The notes: generated by a model from the sequence alone, not told the origin. A stretch of 64,000 bases of DNA from Minutocellus sp. GHC0000111 (GCA_977018835.1 OZ361256.1:992001-1056000), one strand, 5' to 3'. Shown: positions 21,038-32,586, numbered from the stretch's first letter. Numbers and translations are program-made.

Positions 21038-24000
21038 TTATCTCGGAAGAGCAGCCGGGGCTGCAGACGACCGAGCGAATCGAATGAGAGAGGCAATATC
21101 ACCAACGGCCAAACCAATACCGCCAGATCCACGCCCCCTCCGTCCCCGGCCCTTGGCACCGGTTGAGCTTGCATCCAGTACAAACTCACCAGTCGGACCA
21201 GTCGCCACCCAAAACGAAAGGACGTATGTCAAGAATGATAGGCCTGCCGAGGCAAAGAAGCATAGGGAGGCATTCATTGGGAAGGTGGAGCGGTTCAATA
21301 TTGACCAACCAAACAAAAGTCCACCAACGACGCAGCCAATGCCGTCTCCAAACAATCCTGCCAAGTCAAATGCGCGTAGTCCATTGCTACTGGCTCGAAG
21401 CTGATCTACGGATGCACGGCCAATGCAATGAGCAGAGACGAGGCAAAGACATAACAAAGTCACCAAGGCCAATTCTAGAAACGATTCGCCCTTGGGAACA
21501 GCGGTTACGGCAGAAGGCAGCACAATGGAGAAGAAGGCTGCCGATCCAGAACCAATGCGCAAACGACGTGCCGAGTGAAAGGCGGTCGATTTGTCCTTGC
21601 CACTCTGTTGTGACTGGCCAAAGAGGGTCATGCCGGGAGGAGACATGACTGAGCATCGCCACAACAAAAGTAGGGATGCTGTTGCAGTGACCGAAGTGAT
21701 CATGACAAGACCGTATCTGAGACCTCCCACAACCCGCGGGCTTAGCATCCACAAGACTGCCGTGCACTCTAAAATGTAGCTCGATGCGCCATTGACGATA
21801 GATAGAATGGAAGTAATAGTGGTAGCGCGCCTCTTTACTGTTTCGGCTGCAGCTGCTGATTTGCTGAGGGTATGGGGCTTGATGCCATGATTGGAAACGG
21901 CAGGATTTGCGACAATTTGTGGTGATTCTCCCGACGACCTTCTCGACGGTCGTTGGACCGGTTGCGACGATGGACTTCCAAACGGGATGTCAACTAGTTT
22001 GCCATCTTCATCATCCCCATCAACGCTGGGAGTTGCCGAGGTTGTGGCGCTGTCCGATGCGCTCTCGAGGGTGACAAGGCCAGGTACCGTACAATCCTTA
22101 TCGTACGCCGCTGCCGCTTCTTCATCTCTTAGATTGCCATTGCTACTCTCTGCCAATTTTACCATACCAATCTCGAACGGATGCTTGTCCAAAGCGTATT
22201 GGCTAGTACCGCCATACTCCTTTGGAATCTGGTCCAGATCGATGAACTCAGTCAAATGCTGTATCTGCGTTGATCCACCAAGTAACTCGACGTGCACCGA
22301 TTCCGGTAGGATGTTGCGAATTCCAGAAAATATCCCTGCCAGATAAAAGGGTGAGTTCACCACAAAGGCCCGCTTGATAGTGGATGGATAGTGGGCTGAG
22401 TTGGTATCACCGGCTCTCTTGAGATATCTAAGGACATCTCCACTGAGCATGCTGGGACCGGCTCCACTCACATCCATAACCACCATGATTCCCCAATGCT
22501 CGGGCTCTGACTTTCCATTCTCATTGCACCATCGGCGCCTTGCCTCGATAATTTGAGGGTCTTCACTGAGCACATTGCCTATATACTCCATCAAATTCAC
22601 GTAGTGATGGATCATATCGTCGACGGTGCAACCGCTCCTGAACAAACCCTTGAGTTCCATCTTCCCCGGTTGCTCATACACAATAATGTAGCCTGCTTTG
22701 CTGAACCCGTGAACAAAATGTGGATACGCCTTCTTGATCTCGGCGAAATGGCTGTGGGGGGTCGAGTGGATTCGCCACACCTTTTGTTCTTCTCTCCATT
22801 TTTGTGATTCTTCCCATTTTGCTTTTGCTTTGGAGTGGGTTGGATCCGACGATGAAAATGTCTCGATGTAGCTTTGAGGTACAACTGAACGGCTTTGATG
22901 GGGCGGTACATGCGATGGTTCACCATTTGGATACACAACCCGGCCACTGCGATAGATTGCCACAGAACCATTGCCAGTCGGAGGCGATGAAGAAGCCATG
23001 GGACTTTTCACGTCATTGACAAAATCATCCATCATCATATCTTCGCCAGAATGCTCCGACACACAGTCGAAGAACATATCCCTTCGGGTAGACATGGCTG
23101 AGCTGACAGATCCCGCCCTACTTCGCGCTGGAGTAAGACCTCCTTCCACATAAAAGGGTGGTGACTGCATCAATGGCTCGTTGGGAAAAAGTGGCGTCGA
23201 ACCAGATGCCTTCACGGTAATATCGGATGTTGGAGATGACGGAATACTGCCATCATGACTTGGCCTATCCAAGGCAGCGTCGTGAAAGTGATTTCCGGGC
23301 ACGTAATGTTGATCGGGTGTGTGATAAATTTGACTTTCGTCCAATGCCGATGACGAAGATGGATTCTTCTCCGGGGTGTAGCCTGGCTTCCATGAAACGC
23401 CCATTTCAACATCACCGGTTGCGTTCCCGCTGTCATCAGCGTCACCAGCAGCATTGGTGGTGAGATCGGCGTCAGAATCAGAGGTGGACATGCCGCCGCG
23501 TCTTCCTTTCCGTCTGCAACTCGAAACCTTTCTCAGTGCACTCTTGAGTACTCGGCCGCTTCTGCGGGTTGACGAAGCTGGGAGGGGGGTTGCGACACGA
23601 TGTTGATTGCTTTTCTGGTTTGCAAACCCAACAGCATTTTGGCAGTACCGACTGAACAGTCTCTCTGTGATGAGAAATGTGGCTAGGATACACCCCGTGG
23701 CTTGGACCGGTCCCTTCGACACTGCCCCAACGAACGCATTTGCCCAATCATATCGATTTAATATCAAATACACAATGGTAGACGATATAACGGACCACAA
23801 CGACCCCGCAACATACGACCGCATCCAAAACGATTGTGAAGACGGAACCACCCCTGCCTCATGCGATGAGGATTGTTCGTTCGGCATCGACTGACTACTT
23901 CCATGGACAACTTCCACAAGAATTCCAATTAAAATACCTGCCGCAAAGCGCAGCCAATTCCATATCCCCATTGTGTCCGATCGGCCCAGCAAACCATCCC

Positions 24001-24664
24001 GCCCCGCAAGGCCCAAGGTCAACAGGTGCAGGGTTAGCAACATTGCCGACGTTCGGGCGTACCAGACTTTTCCGTCCCATCCACCGAATTTGGTCCGCAG
24101 ATACGAGCCTCCGGCAACCAGATAGCGACCAATATATCTTCCGGAGTGGTGAGCCATTATTAGCGTGGCATAGCTGATCGATAGCTGGTAGGTGTGCTCA
24201 GGATGTGCCAATGCCGGGGCGGGGCGGGTTCCTTCGCCACCAGCCCCGTCGTCTTCAGGTGTGATTGGACTGGTCATTAAAAAGTCAGCTGCTGCAACGT
24301 ACTCGCTCAACCCTTCCGAATGCAACGAGGCAAGAAACTCAGGGGCGATCACAATGAGTGCAAAGCGCGCAAAACCATCGAGAAAGTTCACCATGCTTTG
24401 GACGGTGCGCCTATTCCTCCGATCGTCGTGACTGGGCTTCGACGGTGTCGCCGAGGAATCACCACCGACCGCATCGGCCGAAGCAGTAGCCACTGCGGCT
24501 ATGGCGGCTGACTCGGCATTGTGCCTTCGCAAGAGTGCCTCCAGCTCGTCACCACTCGCAGAACTCGAAACGCCTGGGGAATTATTCTTGGCAGAAAACG
24601 TATCGGATGCAGTCTTGTCCGCCGATGCGGATGGAAGGCCGCCGGAGGGGGCACGTCGCTTCAT
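21038..24664 (-). CDS. Multi-pass membrane protein with central CRAL-TRIO (Sec14) domain
   Basis: YPHFVHG.SK.G..IVYEQPGK, HYP..IKR.FVVNSP and DQIPKEYGGTS, flanked by N- and C-terminal TM bundles; 1208-aa intact ORF. Confidence 0.8.
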   Translation of the reverse strand: MKRRAPSGGLPSASADKTASDTFSAKNNSPGVSSSASGDELEALLRRHNAESAAIAAVATASADAVGGDSSATPSKPSHDDRRNRRTVQSMVNFLDGFARFALIVIAPEFLASLHSEGLSEYVAAADFLMTSPITPEDDGAGGEGTRPAPALAHPEHTYQLSISYATLIMAHHSGRYIGRYLVAGGSYLRTKFGGWDGKVWYARTSAMLLTLHLLTLGLAGRDGLLGRSDTMGIWNWLRFAAGILIGILVEVVHGSSQSMPNEQSSSHEAGVVPSSQSFWMRSYVAGSLWSVISSTIVYLILNRYDWANAFVGAVSKGPVQATGCILATFLITERLFSRYCQNAVGFANQKSNQHRVATPLPASSTRRSGRVLKSALRKVSSCRRKGRRGGMSTSDSDADLTTNAAGDADDSGNATGDVEMGVSWKPGYTPEKNPSSSSALDESQIYHTPDQHYVPGNHFHDAALDRPSHDGSIPSSPTSDITVKASGSTPLFPNEPLMQSPPFYVEGGLTPARSRAGSVSSAMSTRRDMFFDCVSEHSGEDMMMDDFVNDVKSPMASSSPPTGNGSVAIYRSGRVVYPNGEPSHVPPHQSRSVVPQSYIETFSSSDPTHSKAKAKWEESQKWREEQKVWRIHSTPHSHFAEIKKAYPHFVHGFSKAGYIIVYEQPGKMELKGLFRSGCTVDDMIHHYVNLMEYIGNVLSEDPQIIEARRRWCNENGKSEPEHWGIMVVMDVSGAGPSMLSGDVLRYLKRAGDTNSAHYPSTIKRAFVVNSPFYLAGIFSGIRNILPESVHVELLGGSTQIQHLTEFIDLDQIPKEYGGTSQYALDKHPFEIGMVKLAESSNGNLRDEEAAAAYDKDCTVPGLVTLESASDSATTSATPSVDGDDEDGKLVDIPFGSPSSQPVQRPSRRSSGESPQIVANPAVSNHGIKPHTLSKSAAAAETVKRRATTITSILSIVNGASSYILECTAVLWMLSPRVVGGLRYGLVMITSVTATASLLLLWRCSVMSPPGMTLFGQSQQSGKDKSTAFHSARRLRIGSGSAAFFSIVLPSAVTAVPKGESFLELALVTLLCLCLVSAHCIGRASVDQLRASSNGLRAFDLAGLFGDGIGCVVGGLLFGWSILNRSTFPMNASLCFFASAGLSFLTYVLSFWVATGPTGEFVLDASSTGAKGRGRRGRGSGGIGLAVGDIASLIRFARSSAAPAALPR

Positions 24665-25156
24665 GCTTTATATGCCTAAATCGCCTCCTCCAGCAAACTT
24701 TTGGCGCAATGCTCACAAGTAGCAGCAGCGGGGATAATGTGGGAGGTGGCAACAGCTGTATCCACTGGTATCTCTGGCTTGTTTGCTCCCACCGCAACCA
24801 CCAATCCAGCAACCAGCAGGGACGAGAAACGAAAGAACAGCCAAATGAAAAAGAAACCCGGAAACCTCAGTGTCATGCCAAAGGCCGAAGTTCCTCAACA
24901 ACGACAGAAGATACCGACGAAGGGACGGTGTTGCGTGCTCGCTGCTGCTGCCCAGACCACGCAGAGTGCCAATAGAGTGCACATCAATAATAGTGCATAT
25001 TGAGTGAACAGGCGTGCACATCTTGTGGAAGAGTTTTCAATCAAAGAAGTTGAGGAGTTCGAGTCCGAGTCTCCATATATATTACTAGCTGTCCGTCCCA
25101 CACCATATTACCCAGACAGCATTTAGTGGAGCAAAACCGCGGGAAAACATAATAAC

Positions 25157-25894
25157 ATGCCATCACAACAGCAATCGGCATCTCCAGGCGCAAACAGCCG
25201 ACGCCGACCATCGTCCGGTGCTACCGGGGGCAACCGATCACGTCTCAATACGGCCGATAGTCATGCCTCCAACTCCTCTGGTTTGGCGCCGCTCAACACG
25301 AATCGCCCTCGCATTAATTCTCACCCTTCCGATATTCCCCGCACCTATTCTGGCTTGTACGGAACGGGCGGTTCGTCCGGTGATCTCCTCCCCTTTGAGC
25401 TGACTCGTAATCGCAACACCGATTGGATCGACACGGCCACCCCCATCCTCCTTTTGACGTACCTTTTGGTGATATTTGTCTTTGAGGCGGCGATTCTGGC
25501 CTTCATCCCCTTTTCGGTGTCGTGGACTGTTAGCAATTGCACACACGGGTTCATAACGATGATGTATCTGCATTGGATTAAGGGGTCGCCAAACTTTTAC
25601 GAGCAGGGTGAGATGAACGGCATGACGACGTGGGAACAAATTTTAAGCGACCCGCACGTCAATCGGACGAACCAAAAGACGGCGCTGTTCGTTGTGCCGA
25701 CTGTGCTGTGTCACTTGGCCTGCCACTTTTGCGACTACGACAAGCTCCTGAGTCTGATCAACGTCGGTGTTTGGCTGACGTGCGTGATCGCCAAGCTCGA
25801 TCGGATGAACGGCGTGCGATTGTTTGGCATCAACAAGACGGTGGGAGTCGACGATGATGACTATGATCAACCTCAGGGATTGAAGATTGATTGA
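25157..25894 (+). CDS. ORMDL: ORMDL/ORM1-family sphingolipid regulator
   Basis: NRNTDW, LHWIKGSP, TTWEQI, IAKL..MNGVRLFGIN. Confidence 0.9.
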   Translation: MPSQQQSASPGANSRRRPSSGATGGNRSRLNTADSHASNSSGLAPLNTNRPRINSHPSDIPRTYSGLYGTGGSSGDLLPFELTRNRNTDWIDTATPILLLTYLLVIFVFEAAILAFIPFSVSWTVSNCTHGFITMMYLHWIKGSPNFYEQGEMNGMTTWEQILSDPHVNRTNQKTALFVVPTVLCHLACHFCDYDKLLSLINVGVWLTCVIAKLDRMNGVRLFGINKTVGVDDDDYDQPQGLKID

Positions 25895-26135
25895 GTTTTC
25901 CTTTTCATCTGAGCGGAACCTCGGTTCGGGGTTGCTTCGTGTTTCGTATTCGTGTTAGTTTTGTTGCTCTGCGGTGCGCGGACTTAGATCTACACATGTG
26001 TTGTGCAATTTGCAAATTTGCCACTTCAAAGTGAGTAATAGCAGAGCATATCGGCCGCACGCTCTATCATTATGCTATATATGTATAATACCCTACGTAG
26101 TTTTACAAACTACACAGTACATGTATGGGCCAGCT

Positions 26136-27428
26136 TTACTTCAACTGCTTTGCTTCCAGAGCATCCAAAAGTCTTCCGATTCGTTGATTTGTCTCATCCA
26201 TCTTCTCTTCAAGACGGTCCATACGAGACGCAAGAGATTCTAGCACCAGGTCTTTGTCAATGTTAATCTCCCTTCTTGTGCCAGGAGCATTCTTCTCTCC
26301 TTCGCGGTCAAGCAAAGCCTCTACCAATGCCGCTGCCTGAGCTGGAATTACGACGGACCCGACCAAAATAGCACCGCTTACGACCCATCTTCCCGCAGTT
26401 GTCATCGGGTGAACGTCTCCAAAACCGACTGTTGTTAGGGTAGTGAGTGAGAAGTAGAGACTGGTAAAGTAGTCTGTGATTTCTGGGTTGACTCCGTGCT
26501 CGGTTGTGTAAACAAGGCCTGCTGTTACAGACAATAATGTGAAGATTGAAATCACAATTCTTGCCAACTGCAACTGGTATGGTCGAGTATCTGATATATT
26601 GAGACCAAGGGCGAGTTCAAACTTCTTGAATGTCTCGTAGTCAACCAAAACGCGCTGAAGTCGAAGCAAACGAAGAAGGCGTAAATTGATTAATGCTCCA
26701 CCGGTAAAACTGGCCGGTACAGAAATTCCAACGGCCACCATGAATTTGATTAGGCCAGGCAAAATTGCAATTAAATCAATGACCGCCAAAGGCTTTATCA
26801 CAAATTTGGCTGAAAAGTTCTCCAATTTCCATCTAGCCAAGTATTCCAACGTAAAAATGGCCGATATTGCCAGCTCTCCATTCCTAGTGAGTGCGGCGAT
26901 CGATGGCGGCAAGTCAAGTGTTCCCAGTCCAACCAGTAAAGACGACAATACCACGAGCAGCGCCAGCTGGACCTCTACAATGGGCTGAGCGAAGAAGCGT
27001 TCCAAAGTAAAAGGCTGCGCTGTGCCATTTTTATTGTTGCTCTCCAATAATGAGCTCTTTGCATTGCCATCCTCATCAAAACAAGCCTCGAGGTTGTCAA
27101 TGCAGCATTCGTCATCTTCAAATGTAACGCAGGCATCGAGATTGTCGATGCTGCACAGCTCATCATCGACACCATCGATGCATAGATCTGAAACACGATT
27201 TTGCTCGGCTGCGCTAGGCTTTGTAAGATGTAGTAACGAATGCCTCGGACCGGTCCTACGTGTACTTCTAGAAGAAGAACTTTCGCGTTCGTCCCGAGGA
27301 ATGGCAGGGGCGATCGGTGTGACATGTGGCATCTGTAAACCGACATGTGGGCATGAGAGGGATATTTCTCCCAATCGCAACTGTGCCATCGAAGAGACGG
27401 AAGCAAATGCTGCTGTGGAAGATGTCAT
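26136..27428 (-). CDS. 6-TM voltage-gated-type potassium channel, possibly plastid-targeted
   Basis: S4 LRLLRLLRLQR, pore TLTTVGFGD, C-terminal coiled coil. An out-of-frame upstream MFLAVQTL (ATG 27474) may be the start of the signal peptide preceding STAAF. Confidence 0.88.
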   Translation of the reverse strand: MTSSTAAFASVSSMAQLRLGEISLSCPHVGLQMPHVTPIAPAIPRDERESSSSRSTRRTGPRHSLLHLTKPSAAEQNRVSDLCIDGVDDELCSIDNLDACVTFEDDECCIDNLEACFDEDGNAKSSLLESNNKNGTAQPFTLERFFAQPIVEVQLALLVVLSSLLVGLGTLDLPPSIAALTRNGELAISAIFTLEYLARWKLENFSAKFVIKPLAVIDLIAILPGLIKFMVAVGISVPASFTGGALINLRLLRLLRLQRVLVDYETFKKFELALGLNISDTRPYQLQLARIVISIFTLLSVTAGLVYTTEHGVNPEITDYFTSLYFSLTTLTTVGFGDVHPMTTAGRWVVSGAILVGSVVIPAQAAALVEALLDREGEKNAPGTRREINIDKDLVLESLASRMDRLEEKMDETNQRIGRLLDALEAKQLK

Positions 27429-28108
27429 ACTGGTTTGGCACTCAGCAGATCAAGGTTTGGACCGCAAGGAACATTCGGATCGATCTCGATCTCGAAAAAT
27501 GCAGCAGTCCGTCAGTCCGTCCAAAGTCCCAACGCAACCCCATTTAGTGGTTACTTCAAAACTTTGAATGCTTAGTGGTCATTAATAATTGGACTCGATC
27601 GACTAAAGAGCTGCTAAGTACCTACCAATTGGTAGGTAAGCGGTGAAAGCGAGCCTCTTGCAGGCAACAACAATGGCCATCTCATACTTTCGATAGCTGG
27701 CGGCGCCTTAAATTGCTTTCGAAGAAATCAAATTTTATACACAATCGTGAGTTGACGATATGTTTGAGCGGCGTGTATGGGCAGGGAGCTGCTCGTGGGA
27801 GGGCATTGGTGCCATCTCGCTTCAAGTTGGCAAGAGGTCGGTCTGAGTCGATCGGGTTATGAGCCAACTGTCATGACTGACGGCGTTGTACGCCGGAGGC
27901 CAGCGAAAGACTGGCTCCAAACGGACTGCGCCAATATGCCACGTGGTTCCTGCTTCAGAGACTACCAATGGTGTTAGCTGGGTGGTGCTTAGTGCGCTGT
28001 GGCTGTCGGTGCTCATCTGTTGGCTGCTTGTTTCCTCGCCCTTTCTCCTGCCTGTTGCATCTCGTTTCTTACACTTTCCATAAAACTATCTCGTAAAACC
28101 AAAAACAG

Positions 28109-28453
28109 ATGCCTGTTTCATCTTTGACTGACCTTTCTGCTTCCCAGAAGGAGGACCTTGTTGCCTCCCTCGCGGCCATCGTTGTCGGATCCACCGATGG
28201 CGAGATGTCCGCTGATGCCCTCTCGGCTGTTGCCAAGGAGGCCGGATGCGACCTCTCTGGTGCCATGGCCTCGCTCTTCGCTTCGGTTGTGGACAAGTCT
28301 GGTGGTCTTGAGAAGTTCACCCTCGCGCCCGGTGGTGGCGGAGGAGGAGGCGGTGATGCCGCCGAGGCTGAGGCCGAAGAGGAGGCCGAGGAAGAGGAGA
28401 TGGAGGCCCCTGCTGTTGATATGTTCGGTGGTGACGATGGCGGAGACTACTAA
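28109..28453 (+). CDS. RPLP1: 60S acidic ribosomal protein P1
   Basis: P1-like N-domain, Gly/Ala hinge, acidic tail ending DMFGGDDGGDY; strong codon bias. Confidence 0.85.
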   Translation: MPVSSLTDLSASQKEDLVASLAAIVVGSTDGEMSADALSAVAKEAGCDLSGAMASLFASVVDKSGGLEKFTLAPGGGGGGGGDAAEAEAEEEAEEEEMEAPAVDMFGGDDGGDY

Positions 28454-28660
28454 GCTATCACACGATATTGGGCATAATATAAAAATAGGAAAAAATGAGA
28501 AAAAGTCATTGTGCATCGTCCGTACGTTTGTACACAGTACAATTGCTTGCCTTGGGAGGAAATGATGGCATTCGGTTCGAAAATATGGATCTGTAATCGA
28601 CATGGAAAATTTAATTTTACAATGATAAAGAGAGGAACATACAGCGACTTCTCAAGCCAT

Positions 28661-29521
28661 TCAACACATTCCACTCGAAGGAAAGGAATTCGATTGTGTG
28701 CCATCGATTGCAAATATCGTTCGTCGTATATTATTTGTTGGTCGGTGAAGTGAATGGTTCATATCATTTTGACTGAAATACACTGATGACCATGCCTCTC
28801 TTGTTGTTGATAATCGTGCTCTTCGATTGTTCATACTGGTTCCTGATACATCGCCCACTTCTCCAGTACCATCCAAATCATCCACCTCGCCTTCAAACAT
28901 GTTGTAATTCGAATTGGCCGTTGTTTGTATTTCTTCGTTCTGTGTTCTTTTCAGTCTCAATATTCCAGTCCTTCGGAGCATTTCTTGTCGACCGAATCGC
29001 CTGTTTTCGGGAGAGAGAAGGTCAATCTCATCGCCCAGAAGCAGATAATTTCCCAGTACAAGTTGAACAAAGACACATCCGTAACCCACCCAGCTCGAAA
29101 CAACCAAATAATCCTGCCAAATAAGCATGCCAGTAACTGCATTGACAAATATCAAAGCACTGGCGTTGAGTGGAGCGAAAATAGCTTGTGACACTGCTGT
29201 AGATTGAATCACCAATGCATAAGTGATTATAGCCCCTGATATCACTTTCAGCAATACAGATGCGGCCAACAATGAAGTGGAAACATTCAGAACGAAGACT
29301 TTGGATACTGTAAGGTTCACTGTGAATGCTGTGGCTCTAACAATGAGCAAAAGCAGCATGCGATACGATTGCTTGAGATTTGCAATATCGATCGTGAGGA
29401 GACATGCTGTGCCAACAAGCATACTCCCAACATTGATGCAGGTCCAAATTACAGAGGGTAAAGTGCTGAGAAGCTCCTGCGCATCATCCCTTTCCTGAGC
29501 CGTCGGCCCGACGATGGGCAA
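28661..29521 (-). pseudogene. C-terminal half of a NIPA/DMT-like membrane transporter, with no visible N-terminal half or upstream ATG
   Basis: Five TM segments with QAIFAPLN..ALIFVNAVTGMLIWQD and LGNYLL; the frame starts at TTG and no upstream exon is evident. Confidence 0.5.
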
Positions 29522-29625
29522 AAGAACGACAGCAGAGGGGGGACGAAGCGAGAAAGAAATGAGCAGCCTTGCGCGAGAGCGAGCTCGGTTTTCTTTTCGA
29601 TTTTTTTGGCAGAGTAATAATAACA

Positions 29626-29663
29626 GCGGCGAGATTGGAGGTTGGCGGCGAGATTGGAGGTTG
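29626..29663 (+). repeat. Perfect 19-bp tandem duplication GCGGCGAGATTGGAGGTTG x2
   Basis: Read directly from the sequence. Confidence 0.9.
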
Positions 29664-29788
29664 GAGAGTAGGGAGGATCCTTACTAGCTAGCTAGCTAGA
29701 CTCTAGCTAGTACTTTACATGAGTTCGGCCTACATATGTACTATGACCTCATTTGCATTTGGTAGCTTGGCGCTTTACATTCCTCTGC

Positions 29789-31213
29789 TTACATGTACTT
29801 GTACAGCTCCCGAATTCTCATGACGTCCTCCTCGGTAAAGCCGCCACGATCATCATCATCATCACCATCTGTTGCGTCGTCGTCGCATCGACTCTCGTCC
29901 ACACATTTCTCCAAGGTTGCCACAATGAGTTCTACATCCTGCTTCTGTTCCCCAGTCAGGAATGATACGTTGAGGTCGAACCTCCCGCACTTGGTCATGG
30001 CAATCATCCATCGATACACAAAGCTTGGACGGAACGATACTTCATCGTTGTTGCTGTTGCCGCCCTCTGTATCTGACTCCTGCCCATCATCGTCCAACGA
30101 TGATGGCAACGACGCCGATGATGCCAAGCGACACAGATGCGCCAACGCAGCTAGGATATCACCCATGATATCCGAGCCGAGCTCCACCTTGAACACCGTT
30201 CGAGATGCCTCCTCTGGACGCAGAACCAGCCGACGCTTGCTCCGTACCGAGGGCGAAGGTTGCACTGAGTCATCTTGAACAGCACCATCGTCATCAAGGC
30301 TCTCCGTGCGGAGCAAATATCTAGCCGTCGAGGACGCATCGGTGCAGGATCGTCTCCACTCCCTCTCAAATTGCTGTGCATTGAACCTGGACTTTGTTGG
30401 TGAGGATGATGACGATGGCGCTGTGCCTGACGTCTTCTTTGAAGTCTTGTTCGTCTTCTTACAGGTCTTCTTGCCCTTTCTCGTCATCTTCTTTTGCAGC
30501 TGCTTCCAATCCAACCCCTCCAATTCTGCCGGATTGGACTGATCGAACAGTGAGCCGCCGCCGCGACCGCCATCACGTTTGGTCGAACTTCTAATAGTAT
30601 CCGATGGTGCCGAGGCCGAAGAAGCCAAGACGGCCCTCCCCCGATCGGCCGCCGCCACTGACGGATCGTACAACCCGCCCAGGATACCACCGACACCACC
30701 ATTGCTGCCACTATCACCCCTATGACTAATGTTGAACGCCTTGTTCATCGCCCCGGCGTTGCCCACGCGGCTCTTGATGGAGCCGACAGTGGAGGCATCC
30801 CCGCCGCCGCTGAACAGCTGCGCCATTTCAGCCTGGTTCACCGGCTTGAGCTGCGAGGCCAGCACCAGGTTGCGAAACTCGTCGTAGTTTTTGCCTGAAT
30901 CAGGAGGAGAGAAACGAATGAATGATCAATGGTGAGGTGACAGTATGAGAGTATGTCCTGATGATTGGAGAGGCATCGAAGCAGGCAGGACAGTTTCCAA
31001 AAAGCAAAATGATGCAACACTCACAGGAATGGATGGCCCTCTTCTTCATGGCATCCTCGGCGCGGTACCGATCGTCGAGGGAGACGTCGGAGCGACCTCT
31101 TTCCGCAGGTGGTCAGTATTGAGCCTCCCGTCGGGGAGGAGCACCGACAATGGTGCCGCTGCCGACGCCGAGGCGGTGGGCTTGGAACGGCCAGAAGGCC
31201 CAGAGCTCGCCAT
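29789..31213 (-). CDS. CCDC103: CCDC103 dynein-arm attachment factor (with RPAP3_C-like domain); intron 30895-31024; 1-bp frameshift near 31091
   Basis: RLNTDHLRKEV / DDRYRAEDAMKKRAIHS|CKNYDEFRNLVLASQLKP matches the dynein-attachment N-terminus; FEREWRR and TKCGRFDLNVSFL match RPAP3_C. Confidence 0.8.
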
Positions 31214-31530
31214 CGTGGTCTCTGAGAATGAGGCGAGAGGCGAGCTCGTACGTACGTAAGCAGATATTTATAATGAGAATGACCGAAAGCTGGGAGGATA
31301 ATGAGGCTAAATGATCGCTCTCCTACTTGCGAGAAAAGAGCTCTGCCAACTTCGATCGAGGCGGATCGATGAGGAAAGCTTTGCCCCGAGCGGGGCAAAC
31401 TTTTCAAACAAGAGACGACCTCCAAAGTCGCGAATCGAATGAATCAATCCTTGGGATCATCCTCTTCTTCTCTCGGCGAAGTTGACCTGATTTCGTCACT
31501 GCCATGCCAACAACCAGAAATCTGCCTGTG

Positions 31531-31719
31531 CCTTTCATGCACAGATTTTATGTCGACATTCAATTATTGAACTTTAAAATGTAGTAATTGAAGATATTCA
31601 ATTAATACTAAGTAAGATAAAAGTACCTTGGTCTGTAGCCGTCCGTCCACTTAATCGTAAGTGATGACATGACTAGATCTATTGGCATGCGCCGGTCCTT
31701 AACTAGTTACGTAGCTAGT
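31531..31719 (+). repeat. 189-bp direct repeat, copy 1 (copy 2 at 32618-32806; 3' flank of the SOD-like gene)
   Basis: Identical except one substitution (GGTCCTT vs GGTACTT); offset 1087. Confidence 0.95.
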
Positions 31720-31732
31720 GCTTATATAATAA

Positions 31733-32060
31733 CATTCTGTTCTGTTCTGTTCTATTAGACTACCAAAGTTTATACGGGCATGGGAAAGAAGACGAGTCTG
31801 GCTTATCTTCGTGTGATCTGCTAGGCAGTGATGCTGGCACCGTACCCCCGGACGACCTACCACATTGACCCCGATCGGACCTCCCGTGAGCCAGGACAGG
31901 GAAACGTCACTCCGTCCAGGCCCCGGGCACCTACCCTTAACATGTGCTGTAGCAGCAGACGGATCGCAGAGACCGCCCGACGAGCGTGAAGCTGGAGCCG
32001 CGCCCTCCCTTCACGTTGTCGCTCTCGCGACCGAATTGATGGATTTCCGCGGTTCGGTTT
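31733..32060 (-). mobile_element. Copy of a short retroelement 3' end with (AACAG)n tail; 5' limit uncertain
   Basis: 31733-31899 is the reverse complement of 48846-49014 at high identity; GC-rich sequence continues to ~32060. Confidence 0.65.
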
Positions 32061-32064
32061 AACT

Positions 32065-32586
32065 ATGTCTACCCAGGATGGCACAATGGACTACGCGGCC
32101 GACATCAAGCTTGCCAACAAGCTCTTCAGTCCCGGCAACACTCGCAAGCACCACCTCCACAGTGGTTTCCTCGGCGAAGGTGCAACCGTAGGGGCAGTTG
32201 CAGATGACACCGCCAGTGTTTGTGGGGGATCGTTCACCAAGGGCCACTGCGATCCCTTCGTCGCATGTGGAGGTGCTTCAACTGCCAAGAGTGATCCCCC
32301 CGTTGGCAAAAGCTGTGATCCCGCACCCACCTACTGCTCCAACAAGTCCGACGATGTCCTTGAAGAAGGCCAAGATGCTGACGCCTGCGAGGTCGGTGAT
32401 CTCAACGGCCGCTTTGGCGCCCTCCCCAAAGGTCGTGAATTCACCGTCACCAAGAACGGCGTTGCCTGTCCTGAATGCTTTGCTGACTATGTGGGCAGCA
32501 AGAAAGCCACATACAAGACATTTGGCTCGATCGTCTTCCACAACGGAAGCCCCCGCGTCTTGTGTGGGAACCTCGTTGAGGTTTGA
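32065..32586 (+). pseudogene. 5'-truncated Cu/Zn-superoxide-dismutase-like protein
   Basis: HLHS, CGGSFTKGHCDP, CEVGDLNGRFG, SIVFH, RVLCG are SOD-like motifs; no signal peptide or N-terminal strands; abuts the retroelement. Confidence 0.6.

Noticed and set aside
24701..25003. 100-aa ORF between the CRAL-TRIO and ORMDL genes
   Set aside because: Non-ATG start, no motif; lies in a divergent promoter region.
31733..32060. Hammerhead ribozyme or tRNA-derived head in the retroelement
   Set aside because: No CTGANGA/GAAA core or A/B-box cloverleaf recognised by eye.
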